64,000 nucleotides of DNA from Octopus sinensis (lineage: Eukaryota): positions 3,162,001-3,226,000 of the forward strand of contig NC_043025.1 of the NCBI RefSeq assembly GCF_006345805.1, given 5' to 3'. Numbering within the stretch: position 1 is the stretch's first letter; the number at the start of each line of letters is the position of its first letter. Position numbers and translations under genes: made by a program. The notes under the pieces were generated by a model that worked only from the letters and a program-made list of their open reading frames with translations, did no database searches and had not been told where the DNA came from. Shown one piece after another: positions 13,791-25,954 of this stretch.

Positions 13791-14050
13791 AGAAAAAAGG
13801 AAATGAAGAAAATGCTGACAAAATAATTTAAGTAAGGGAGAGTGTATTTGATTAGGTGAAATTTCTTTTTACCGGTTGCGCATTTGTTATGCTTATCAAA
13901 AATCTATCAGAAAGGAACTCTATCTCTCTTAAAAAATATCTTTTGATAAGTATAACAAATGCGCAACCGGTAAAAATAACTCTCACCTAATTAAATACAC
14001 TCTCCCTTACTTAAATTATTTTGTCAGCATTTTCTTCATTTCCTTTTTTT
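13791..14050. mobile_element. Foldback/MITE-like element with ~110-bp inverted arms in (TA)n
   Basis: 13791-13901 is the near-perfect reverse complement of 13941-14050, with a ~39-bp spacer and TA flanks. Confidence 0.85.
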
Positions 14051-14116
14051 ATATATCACAATTCGTGTTCCACATCTCCTTTTTTAAATATATATATATA
14101 TATATATTTATATATA

Positions 14117-14159
<43 letters not shown>

Positions 14160-14204
14160 ACTCACACACACATACACACACACACGCACACACACGCACA
14201 CACA

Positions 14205-14995
14205 CTCAGAATCGCATATCCGGAAGAAAACCAAAACTTTCAGATAGAGACCGTCGGACTCTTACGCGAATTTTTAGAAAGGATCACAAAAGTACAGCTC
14301 CCAAAATTGCCACAGAAATTTATGACCACATCAAGCACCCGATTTCCACAAAACCTGTTTGGTGGCAGCTGCACAAAGCCGGATTTCACAGGAGGGCCGC
14401 AATCAGAAAACCGCTACTTTCAAAATCAAAAGCTGCAAAGCCTTTAGAGTGGAGTAAAAACCTACAGAATTGGTCCCTAGAGCAGTGGAAGAATGTTATT
14501 TTCTCAGACGAGTCATCCTTTACTTTATTTCCGACCAGCGGCCGAGTATGCGTGTGGAGACAGCCAAGAGAATCATTTGACCCATACTGCCTTCTTCCAA
14601 CTGTTAAACATAGAGGACTATCTGTGATGATCTGGTGAGGTATATCTTGGAAATCTGCCGGCCCAATGGTTTCCCTTCATGGTAGAATTAATAGTCAAAG
14701 CTATTTAAGCATTTTATCGCATCAAATTCAACCTATGTTTACGGAAATGTTTCTGGGGAGAAACGCAATCTTTCAGGATGATAATGCACCAATTCCCACA
14801 GGCAAAGTTGATACCGAATGGGCTGAGGAACATTCTAGTGAAGCTGAAAATCTTACCTGGCCATCACAGTCCTCAGATCGCAATATTATTGAACATTTAT
14901 GGTGCATTTTAGAAAAACAAGTAAGGAATCGATATCCTCCACCATCATCATAAGAAGCGGAGACTGTTTTAGCTGAAGAATGGACAACATTTTTA
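14205..14995 (+). mobile_element. Tc1-family transposase pseudogene, DD36E spacing
   Basis: GRKPKLS, WKNVIFSDES, TVKH..SVMIW(stop 14636-14638), FQDDNAP, WPSQSSDRNIIEHLW. There are 36 residues between D (14780) and E (14891). Confidence 0.93.
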
Positions 14996-15527
14996 GAGCT
15001 ATATCTAAGGTTATGATGGTGTGGAGCTGAATGGGAGAAAGATGGAAAGCGCTGGCCGCAAAATAACCTGCAGCCCAGAATTCGTGAGAACTGCTGCCTA
15101 GATGGTAACTCCCTGGCAAAGTTAATTGCATTCAGTGCCAAGGTTGTATGATACTGTGGAGATAAACCTAAAATATATATTGGGCAACGGAACTATCATT
15201 GAAACACCGATTTTATAAGCATAGACATTCATTGATCTGCACTTATAGAAAACGTACAGGAACAGGGGCTTCAAATAGTAGATGCAGTATGACCTTCGAG
15301 CGAAAAATTAAGAATTTTGTCTCAGCTTGTTATAGTTGGAACAAAGGAACGGAACAGTTAGCGTCTTGTATGCATGTAGCTAAGCATCCTTTGTGTAAAT
15401 ACCAGCAGTCTTCAATTTCATTCTGATTCAGAAAAAAATGTTGGCTTCAAAATATTTCCTTAATATAGGTGCATGCGTGGATAATGGACCTAAAACGAAT
15501 GAAAAACCAATACATATATACACGCGT

Positions 15528-15561
<34 letters not shown>

Positions 15562-15749
15562 GTGTATGTGTGAGTGTGTATGTGTGTATGCACTGCTGCA
15601 GGTGCCTACACACATATACACACATGCACACACGTATACACGCATCAAAATATCTTCCTTTATATTAACTGCAATACAATGTTCTTATTGACTATTAATT
15701 TGTGATAAATCTGGTGGTGGTGTTATATTAGGCAATAAATAACCCTTAC

Positions 15750-15933
15750 CAATGAAATCATTCTCGTTACATAAGCTTCCGACGCAACAACCAACACAGG
15801 AAATTCCACTGGCCCATTTAATGCATGTAAAGATATTGTCTCTCATAGCTTGAACACGTTTCCTGTATGTGCTGCAGGACTTTTCAGTCTTCAGTGTAAC
15901 ACCGTTCGTTGATAATGCGAACCGGCATACTGG
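15750..15933 (-). CDS. Displaced paralog (E4') of the second Ly6/uPAR-like exon
   Basis: ctaatattacag | PVCRFALSTNGVTLKTEKSCSTYRKRVQAMRDNIFTCIKWASGISCVGCCVGSLCNENDFI G | gtaagg. 184 bp, open, phase 0 to 1, homologous to 35449-35628. Confidence 0.8.
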
Positions 15934-17332
15934 CTGTAATATTAGATATGAAAATTATATACTACAAACACAATATATATTAGTACGACTACTGCTAACT
16001 ACTGCAACATCAACAGCAATAAGAACACTGGGGATGTTTACTATGTGAGAAAGTTTAATCACTGCTTCAAAATTTATCCAAAAGCAACAAATAAAACTGA
16101 AAACAACTTGTCGAATTGTTGAAAGTTAACAGCAGCAGAAAACCTCTGTAAAATTTATTGCCATTTACTACTTAAAAGTAATCTTTTAAATGCTTAGTGT
16201 CCAAAGCTCTCTGATCCCATATAGGTACGGCCATCAGATCACGGTCTATATCAAAACCGCATCACTTTGTCACCCACCACCAAACTTAAAATAGGTCAAA
16301 GAATCTGGGTAAAAATATATCAATTCGTCAAAATTTCTTCTTAATTGGGCAATGCACACGAGGAGTTTTTTTATAAAAAAAATTTACGAAAAATCACGCT
16401 TGCAAAACTCACCAAGAAGAGAAATTAAAACACCCTACCCAATGATGATAATTAAAAAAAATTATCAAACTGAACTCCTCAGTCCTAGCAAGAAACAGAA
16501 AATACATAAAATGGACACAAGAGAAATTTGTTTTTATTTTGCATCTATATTTTATGACCACGAAATGAAAATAGGATATACTAGAATAAAATGTGAAGAG
16601 AAAATAGCCAAGAGCGAACTGTATCATCGGATCCCAACAAACCAGCTAACTTAATAAGATAAATTCTGAAAACGAAAAATATCAGAAATTGAGAAGAATA
16701 TTTAAAGGGAAGAATGCATCACAACAAAACTACAATTAATGATTTCAACTACCTAAAAACAATAAATGCAATAGAAATGTACACCGCGAAGTTAAAAATA
16801 AGATATGTGTAGCCTTAATTTGAACCTGAAACACGTTTCTTTTAAACGAGGAAAAGTTCAGCAAGAAAATAACCAAATCTCTCAAACACACGCACCCGCA
16901 CACATACATACATACATACACACACACATACGTCCATTTCATATATTTTCTTTCAATTTATTTATAAAAATAAAATTGTTATGGATACAATTGCTTACAA
17001 AAATAGGGATTGACTTATAATTTTTTCTATGTTCATAATTAAATCGATGATTTAATGATTAAACAGAGGTCCAATAGAATAGCTCTCAGAAACATTACGT
17101 ACAAATTCGTTCTTCATAACACCTGAACCTGTTTTCTGACAATGAGGGGGATGTCAGGAAATGATCCTACAGCCGGAGGCTCCAATTGAAACAGGGGACC
17201 CAAAATGATAAGGTTGAGAAAGATTATAGTAGATTATGCCTAACAGGAAAACGATCACAGCCACATCATCCAAACAGACCGGGTGAAACCAGGCTTAGCT
17301 GCTAGTATGTATGTATATATATATATAATATA

Positions 17333-17385
<53 letters not shown>

Positions 17386-17629
17386 ATATCATAATGATAA
17401 TGTTAATGAATACATAGGGATTAATGTATAATTCCTAATAAACTCTAAGTTCTTCATATTACGTTTGAAATTTTGGAGTAACAGAATCCTTCGGTAAGTT
17501 GTGTTTTTATTTTAAATAATGTTGGTAAATAATTTTAGATTATTTATTGGTAAAATACGTATTATTATATAGTTGTTTGATATTTTATTTACTTTAGATA
17601 CATACCATTATTATTATTATTGCTATTAT

Positions 17630-18400
17630 TATTTTTATTTTTATTTTTATTTTTATTTTTATTTTTATTTTTATTTTTATTTTTATTTTTATTTTTATTT
17701 TTATTTTTATTTTTATTTTTATTTTTATTTTTATTTTTATTTTTATTTTTATAGCCTGCTTTTACTTCACTGCCGAGCGCAGCTCTGTGTACCTTGGGTA
17801 TGTGCCGTGATTTGTTGTGATGCTCTGATGGTTATTATATGGAAAGTGTTCTGTGTATGATGTGTGCAGTGCCTAGTAGTGCAATTCTCTGTATGTTATA
17901 TGTGTTTGTAAGTCCTGGTGTTTTTGTTATGTATTTGTCTGTATATTTTTTTATCATGCCTAATGCACCTACTATGATAGGAATACGTTAGCTAGTTTCT
18001 TAGGGTTCATTAGTCTAGTTTATTAGTCTATATTTATGTTATTTTCCTTCCATATTTTATATGCATGTGTTGTTGTGTTTTCATTCTTTGGGTAGAGCAC
18101 TGCTGTAAAGTAAGCGTGTAGAATAGAAATGTATTCCTCACGTGTCCATTTATGTCTTTTGGGTTTTATTTGCGGGACATGAGGAACAACGTCCGGCCCA
18201 TTATTTTGACGGTCGTCATTTTTGTAGGGTACCGGTCCGTTCATTTCTGTTGTCACATTGTTTTGCACGTGTAGTTTTTCGAACATTTTATGATATAAGT
18301 TTAAAGTACGTACTTCCCGATTGTTATTCTTGGGTTGAATAATATCGGTGTTATTCAATTTCTTTGTAGTATTTTTTTACATGGTGTTTGGGGTCGGAGA
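17630..18400 (-). mobile_element. Internally deleted R4/Dong-type LINE: N-terminal ORF fused to C-terminus, 3' UTR and (TAAAAA)n tail
   Basis: 18023-18358 encodes KRHKWTREEYISILHAYF. About 17860-17985 encodes PIIVGALGMIKK..IALLGTAHIIHRTLSI*. The hexamer tail is at 17630-17752. Confidence 0.75.
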
Positions 18401-18669
18401 TGATCTGGTGTTGATGGATCGTAATGTATCACGCATGTTTACATGTGTTGTGCTAGAGGTGGAGATGATATCGAGTTTAAATACATCATTTCGTTTCGAA
18501 AATAGTATTAAATTTCAATGAGTATTACTTACTCGGATATAGTCCAATCCTTTTTCAGTTAATTTTTGGCTCCATACGATGTCTTTGTTTTCGATCTTTG
18601 TGGATAGATTTCGGAGCACTGTTTTATCGTTCTCACATCTAAAACGTTCCCGATTATTATTATTATTAA

Positions 18670-18730
<61 letters not shown>

Positions 18731-18892
18731 CTACTATTATTATTGTAGAGCTTTGTAATTTTATTTTAAGTAATGTTGTTAATACTTTTAGATTATTTAT
18801 TATTGAAACACGTACTATTATATAGTTGTTTGAGATTTAATTTTAAGTTTAGATACGTATGTAATTTTAAGTTCAGATACGTGTGTGAGATA

Positions 18893-18946
<54 letters not shown>

Positions 18947-18964
18947 CATTATTGAGTTTATTGT

Positions 18965-19034
18965 AGACCTGAAGAGTGACTTTTTAGATTAAATAGAATT
19001 TAGTCCAAATATAGCCACGAAACGCGAGTAGTCT
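18965..19034 (+). ncRNA. Type I hammerhead ribozyme motif
   Basis: agac-CTGAAGA-gtgact..agccac-GAAA-c-gcga-GTA-gtct: stem I of 4 bp, stem II of 6 bp with one mismatch, minimal stem III with a GNRA loop, GUA cleavage triplet. Confidence 0.75.
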
Positions 19035-19168
19035 TTTAATCTTTTTTACCATTTATTGATTTGTAATTTATTGATTTTTGAATAGGGACTTTGGGATATG
19101 TTTGTTTTTCTAGATGTTTTAAGTGAATTTTTTCATGGTTGAATTTGTTTTTTTCTCTAAATTATATT

Positions 19169-19217
<49 letters not shown>

Positions 19218-19249
19218 GTATTATATATGTATATATGCATATGATATTT

Positions 19250-19450
19250 TTATAAGTGTGTGTGTTTGGATCTGTGTTTGTCCTACCACCATCATTGATT
19301 GACAACCGTGTTGGTGTGTTTGCGTCCTCGTAGCTTAACTGATTAGCAGAAGAGACAGATAAGATAAGCACCATGGGTCCATTTCAGCAACTAAAGGGCG
19401 ATGCTTTAGCATGGCCACCGTCAAATGACTAAAACAAGCAAAAGAATGAA
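19250..19450 (+). mobile_element. Octopus-type SINE
   Basis: ttgacaaccgtgttggtgtgtttgcgtcctcgtagcttaac...gactaaaacaagcaaaagaa. Reverse-complement relative of 39290-39510. Confidence 0.7.
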
Positions 19451-20105
19451 AGAATACCAGAGGAACTTTCCATACCATCAAACCAAGAAGGTTCTTTGAA
19501 TATGTACGATGTATTTTAAGGCTAAATAATAATTATGTTTACGTTTGTGGTAACGGAGATATTTTCGTTTAGTTATATAGTTGTCGGTTTTACACTTTTT
19601 CTATATTCTGTAACTGTCAGAATATAGACACATTTCTCATGACACCAACACACAATTTACATATGCTTACATTTTTTCGGTTTTCTGTGAATTTTTCATG
19701 GGTCCATTTAGTGACTGAAGTAGTTCGACGATCGAATAAGACGGAAACAGAATAATGCTTTAGTTAAGGCGTTGTATAAAGACTTCTAAAACCACAGGCC
19801 ACGCAATAGACAGACTTAGTAGTAGAATTGACTGAGCTGTGACGATACAAACTATATTTCATTTAACAAACACCAAGCAGAGTAGAAAAAAAGAAAGTAG
19901 TTGTGTTCCGGTTGACAAGAGACGACCAACAAAGTCCGGAAGACAGAAGAAGCTAAAAAGCATACACAAACACACACATATATATATATATATATACATA
20001 GATATAGATACTATAAGATATACATATAATAGATATATAGATATATATATACATACATATATATACACATATACATACATATACACTACAAAACAACATA
20101 CACAC

Positions 20106-20149
<44 letters not shown>

Positions 20150-20983
20150 ATATATATATATATATCTAATAATACTTATATACAGACAAGTAGACTATTG
20201 GCTGGGAGAGCTGGTCCACTTGAAAAAACACTTCCAATGCAACTCATCTGAGAAGAAATGCCAGCAAAACAGGGGGGTAAACTTGCAACAGACTGGCATC
20301 TCTTTAGTGGGATGTCTTCTATCCCGGGTGTTTGAATATGCTGGATACGAGAGAGACTGCGGCCTAAGGGCCTGATCTGAATAGCATGTAGAGCATATAA
20401 CTAAGAAACTACTTCAATGAAGACATTGAGGCGTGCGCAGTCTCGTGTTAGTGTAACATTGATGGAGTGAAAGTAGACATGAACGTGTAGAAGACAAATC
20501 TACGTCCGGTGTGCTTTGATTGGAATGTAGCTGTTTGTGAAATGTGATTACTTGAACAATGAAATGTTAGTTGAATGACCTGATAATACTAATTAGATAA
20601 ATGATCGTAAATCTAATCAACATGATACATTTTTGCAGTTTTAACATTTTAGTGGAATGTTTTTTAAAATAACAAACGGAATCAACGCCCCTTCTGCGGT
20701 GGTATTTGATCTTAGTCTGCGGTATTACAGTATTTCATCTAGAAAACGAACGGTAGCAACAGATCAGATTTAATCCTTTAATTAACAATTTTAAAGCTTA
20801 CATTGATTACATTAAATTTGCAAGAAGATATAATATCAATATAATTTCAAATCATGCATTATTTTCTGTTTCAAGCCATAGTGAGGCCTGAAAACTTGTG
20901 GAAATTACATTATGGTGGATTATAAGTCTCATGCATGCATAGTGTTGTATTGAAAGGTACAATTATAGTGTCGTTACAAGGTA

Positions 20984-21150
20984 AAAATATTTCATATTAT
21001 ATATGGAGAAAATATTATTTTATATTATATAAGCAGAAAATTAATTTTATATCATTTATGAAGAAAATATTATTTCATATTATATATGGAGAAAATTTTA
21101 TTTTGTATTATATATGCAGAAAATATCATTTTATATCATAAAATATCATC
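20984..21150. repeat. ~26-bp minisatellite
   Basis: Repeated unit gaaaatattattttatattatatatg(g/c)a, about 6 copies. Confidence 0.8.
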
Positions 21151-21186
21151 AAAGACGATTCTTGGAGGCTCTTTTTCGATTTTCAC

Positions 21187-21239
21187 TTAGAAGTTTGTTT
21201 CTGCTGCTCTATCCTCTGTTCCATTACCAGTACTTGAAC
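21187..21239 (-). CDS. Candidate terminal coding exon (xSSTGNGTEDRAAETNF*)
   Basis: Acceptor ttttttcattatgtttccag. The phase-1 frame is open to TAA at 21187-21189 and is phase-compatible with both E10 and E8'. There is no paralog in the window to confirm it. Confidence 0.45.
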
Positions 21240-21439
21240 CTGGAAACATAATGAAAAAACATAAAATATAAAATTTTAAGCACATTAATTACCGTATAAT
21301 ATTAATTTGTATATATATGTTTATTTCTTACTATTTGAACTGTTAGAGCTGTTTTCTCTATGTATCCAGTACAACCCTTAAACAATAGATCAGCGTATTT
21401 CAGTTTGTTACTTATTCACGAATATACCATGAATGACGA

Positions 21440-21720
21440 TGCCTTTCACGTTACTTCAGCCAATTGACAAGCGCTGATGGAAGAACTGTTCTGCTTTTAG
21501 ACAAACACACTGTCAACACAAAGGTCACATCCTGTTTACATGTAGGAACACTTTCTTAAAATCTATCTGTACATCTTGAAAATGGCCAGCGTGTATATTT
21601 CATAGAAGACAATGCTCGAAACGTAGATCTGAATCCATGAGAAATTACTTTGATAGCTTTCTTCAAATTATGCCAATGTGATCTGTTTGCCCGAACACTG
21701 TTGTACGTAGAGATCCCCGT
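21440..21720 (+). mobile_element. Helitron Rep/helicase fragment
   Basis: LSVHLENGQRVYFIEDNA..P*EITLIAFFKLCQCDLFARTLLYVEIP matches the conserved Helitron segment VHLENGQRVYF..TTLTAFF.LC..D.FA.TLLY.E.P. Confidence 0.8.
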
Positions 21721-22248
21721 GAACTCTACCTAGCAACACATATATATATGCACACATATATTTACATTTTTTTTTAAATAATAAATTAAATGACCATCCC
21801 GAAACATGTGTGTGTATATGTATCTATATTTTTACATTTTCTCAAGCAATATATAATTTGTTACGATGTTTGACTAGTAAAAATTCTACTGTCTGTTTCG
21901 CGGCCTCTATTGTTGCATTTCGTCAATATTGACCAATACTTAGACATACTGACCGGATGCGCATAAACCTCATTTATGCCGGAAATAGATAGACTTTATA
22001 ATGGTTTGTCAGTGGTAAAATGAAATGAATGGAAACAAAGTGAAAAAAATTATATCATTGTTCAGCAATGGGATATGCTTTGTTCCTCTTGTATATCTCT
22101 TAGAGATGAGTTAAAGCGTATAAGCTGTGTGTGTATCTATCGTTCCTTATTCAAAAATTAACATGATCACTTCGAACAAAATGAAATTCCGCTGAGGAAA
22201 ATTATTTGCAGCACTAAATATTTTTCCTGTTTAAATTAAAGCAAGTAC

Positions 22249-22296
22249 TGGAATTGTGTGAATTATTCTGCCCACTAGAGTCTGCATCTTCTACTT
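22249..22296 (-). CDS. Duplicated exon E8'
   Basis: ttattttgtatag | (K)VEDADSSGQNNSHNS | gtactt. 48 bp, phase 1 to 1. Confidence 0.7.
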
Positions 22297-22637
22297 CTAT
22301 ACAAAATAAGAAGAAAACATGTTTGCCCTCGGTTAATTAGTATAATTAAAAAGAAAATGAGCAAACACAAACAGTTCCGTAGGGACAAGAAACGGAAAAG
22401 CGCAAAATAAAATGCTGATTTATTGAAATTATCCAAGCTTTGAGAAAATGTAAATAAATAGTTGTATGTATGAGAAGGAGGGGAGAGCCTGTGTGCTTGC
22501 GTGCGCGAGTGCGTGTCCTAAGGTATCAGCCATTGTAGGTGATGATGACGACGATGATGAAGAGGATGGTAATGGTGATTGATGAAGCTAATTATGACGG
22601 TAATGGTGATAGAAATAAGAAGAAACAAGATACTTAC

Positions 22638-22741
22638 TTTCATCAAGGAATTTCGTGTGACTTTTCTGGACTCCTAAGTTAAGGAATGCCTGGGATTTGT
22701 TCAAAACTTGGGAGATTTTGCGCCGCAGTTCACTTTGAACA
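22638..22741 (-). CDS. Duplicated, 5'-shortened exon E7'
   Basis: atttctttaag | VQSELRRKISQVLNKSQAFLNLGVQKSHTKFLDE | gtaagt. 104 bp, phase 2 to 1. Confidence 0.7.
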
Positions 22742-23106
22742 CTTAAAGAAATTAATTGTTTTATTTCAATTATTTTTACATTCAAATATAGCATAGGATT
22801 CGGTCATCATAGTTAAAATAACAGCATTCAGCATGGTTGAAAACAGAATTAGCGAAGAAGGCTAGAACTACAAGCGGGTGACTAAAAGTTGGCCTTAAGA
22901 ACATATTCGTCCAGTACCGTGAGTTGCCCTCTTTAGCATGTAAGAAATCCACATGGTGGTCTGCTCTCCGTGTATAATATTTTATAAACAATTCATATAT
23001 ATATATATGTAATTTCCTGGTTGGTTTTAAATTGCTGATAACAACCTTAATTTATATATACACACTCATATATATATATATGTGTGTGTGTATATATATA
23101 TATATA

Positions 23107-23141
<35 letters not shown>

Positions 23142-23184
23142 GTACATATATATATACGTTCTTATATGTAAGTATATCGTATGT

Positions 23185-23225
<41 letters not shown>

Positions 23226-23248
23226 TGTATTTATTTACTTTTTTCCGA

Positions 23249-23316
23249 GTATATTCCACTGATGAAGACACACCATTTCTTATGCAGAGTCAGAAATCCG
23301 GAATCTAGAATTATAC
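23249..23316 (+). ncRNA. Type I hammerhead ribozyme motif in a ~280-bp element inside (TA)n
   Basis: gtatattcca-CTGATGA-agac..gtca-GAAA-tccgga-ATC-tagaattatac: extended stem I, palindromic stem III, AUC triplet, A.A mismatch closing stem II. Confidence 0.65.
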
Positions 23317-23509
23317 AGTAATTTTTTGCTAGTTTATTTTGTCTCTTCGTCTTCTCTCAAGTTAAGTTTTGACTGCTATTTCCGGCGTGGTGGTATCTCT
23401 TGGATACACTATATTATAATTTCAAATAAGGTTTTTGAAAGGTTTTTATTCCCATACTGGCCACCTGATAAAATAGGTATTTAAATATCGATCTTATCCT
23501 TATATATAT

Positions 23510-23556
<47 letters not shown>

Positions 23557-23868
23557 ATGTATGTGTGTATGTGTGTATGTGTGTGTGTATGCATGTATAT
23601 ATATATATGTATATATGTATAGATGTATATAAAGGTATGTATATATACATACACAGTTCTCTCTGTATATTTATATGGGTTTGTTTGTCGTTTGTATAAT
23701 AAAACTTTGAGAAAACACTTAAACATTTCATTGAATTATGAATTAGTATATTGTGGGTCACAAGTACAACACTGTTGATTATTGTGATATATAATACATA
23801 CGATAAAATCGAACGTTTTGAACAAAACCAAATAAATTTGAATAAATGTGTTAGAAGCTTTTGCTTAC

Positions 23869-23921
23869 CCAGGATATTCAACTCTGAATTTTCCAGTCAC
23901 GGTCAAAAACTCATGCTCCAT
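23869..23921 (-). CDS. Duplicated exon E6'
   Basis: ggcttttgcag | MEHEFLTVTGKFRVEYP(G) | gtaagc. 53 bp, phase 0 to 2. Confidence 0.78.
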
Positions 23922-24057
23922 CTGCAAAAGCCGGATGTATATATATATATATATAAGTTCAGCAAAAATTTAGATTCAAATCAATATGGTACTTAATTTA
24001 GATGCACCAGAATTCTGTATGGTATTATCCATAAAAAGCCGTGGGGTGATTATAATC

Positions 24058-24201
24058 AAAATAAGCAGCAAGAATGACTCCGGTAATTTGGTATGATCAT
24101 TTCGTACTACATCATTTTATCAAATGTTACAACATTTAATAAAATGATGTAGTAAGAAACGATCGTACCAAATTACCGGAGTCATTCTTGCTGCTTATTT
24201 T
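24058..24201. repeat. Near-perfect 144-bp palindrome (about 71-bp arms, 2-nt loop)
   Basis: aaaataagcagcaagaatgactccggtaatttgg...aaatgtt-ac-aacattt...ccaaattaccggagtcattcttgctgcttatttt, with about 4 mismatches. Confidence 0.9.
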
Positions 24202-24594
24202 TAGTATATATATATATAAATTAAATTCAAGGAACAAAGTTTGATTTAAAAGCGTTGAGATGTATTGAAAGATAGGGATAGGAAATAATTTCATTTTCAA
24301 ATCAGGATAATGATAATATAGTGTGAACAGAATAAAATATCCATATTTTGCGGCTAAGCAGTGAGACTGAAGCTCACATCCCTGTGATTACGCGTCAAGT
24401 GCTTTACCATTAGGCTAAACTGCCCGAACGACAATTCTGCTGCAAATTTAGGATATATAAATCTAACTTTAGAAATTGCTTAATCACAGGGATGTGAGTT
24501 CGAGGCTCATGACAGGTCGCCGACAGTTTTTATCCTGTTCATGCTATATCATTAACATTATACTGCGTTTGAGAAAAAATTATTTTCTCATCTG

Positions 24595-24679
<85 letters not shown>

Positions 24680-24922
24680 AATCGAATAGTAAAATTTTTA
24701 AGAGTAGAACATTAAAAATAAAAATAACAAAAGACAAGAGGACGTGTGCATGTAATATATTAGATGGACGCTCGGTAAAGTGGAGGAAAAGAAAGGGTTT
24801 TTAACGTTCCGAGCATAGCTCTTTGTCAGAAAAGAAAACAGAAAAGTTGAGAGAAGGAAAATATTACCAAAATGAAGTGTGTGGTTACATATGTACATAT
24901 GCGTGTGTGCGTGTCCGAGCAC

Positions 24923-24999
<77 letters not shown>

Positions 25000-25954
25000 G
25001 ACAAGATTAATGAATAATTGAGTGGGATTTCATTTACTGTCACAATCGGAAATTATATCACGGAATATATAAATGATGTTCATTGTGTGGACTTCTTTTA
25101 AAGACAAAATAGTGGATCGAACAGTCTTTTTATTGACCAGCAAAAATTCGGTGAGTAAAAAAGATTTTTTATGTAATAATTTACTATCAGTAAATGGAGT
25201 TGATTGTCTGAATTTCATGAAACCCAAATACAATTAATTCGCATTCCTTTACTACGGTCTACTGCATGTTCATGTCTCAGTATATTTACATGTCTGTATA
25301 AAAGTCTATATATACTTACATGCATACAAATTATGAACATATGGATTGCATTTGATTGTCAATGTTCAGTCCACAGCAGAACGAAGGTCTCAGCATACTC
25401 TCTATACCAACCCTGTCTGATGTGGAGGCCGTGTTTTGACCTCGAGAGTATACTAGTTCGATGAACCTAACAGATCACACTAGCTCAACGAAGCTTGGCA
25501 GTGGAGTAAATACTCATACAGAGGCGTAGTAAAAACGATTAAAGGATGAAAGGCAAAGTCGGCTGTGGTAGAATTTGAATTCAAAATATAAAATTACCGC
25601 TTATCATTTTGCCCGGCGTACAAACGATTTTTCCAGCTCGCCGCAGAATATGTAGGGAATCAAATGATAAATGAATACGCATATAATACTTAATTGTACA
25701 TTTGAATTTAATATGTATTTACATATATGTATGTATTTATGTGTTTAAGCTGATCAGGCTAAACTTTAAAATACCTGTTGTCATTTAACAAAATCGATAT
25801 CACTATCCACTAAACGTATTGAGGTCACTATTTAAATTGACGTTTTGCTTTTCTCCTCTAAAATATGTATGTATGTGTATGCATGTGTGCGCGTGGTCAG
25901 TGCGTGTGTATGTGTGAGTGTGCGGAGAAAGAGAGAGGGCAGATATCTACTCAC

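Noticed and set aside
24350-24420. tRNA-like sequence
   Set aside because: It is a degenerate SINE head without a complete cloverleaf, not a tRNA gene.
25030-25233. ORF in a block conserved between B and B'
   Set aside because: The paralog at 33540-33720 has a 29-bp frameshifting deletion, and E5 to E6 splicing needs no extra exon.
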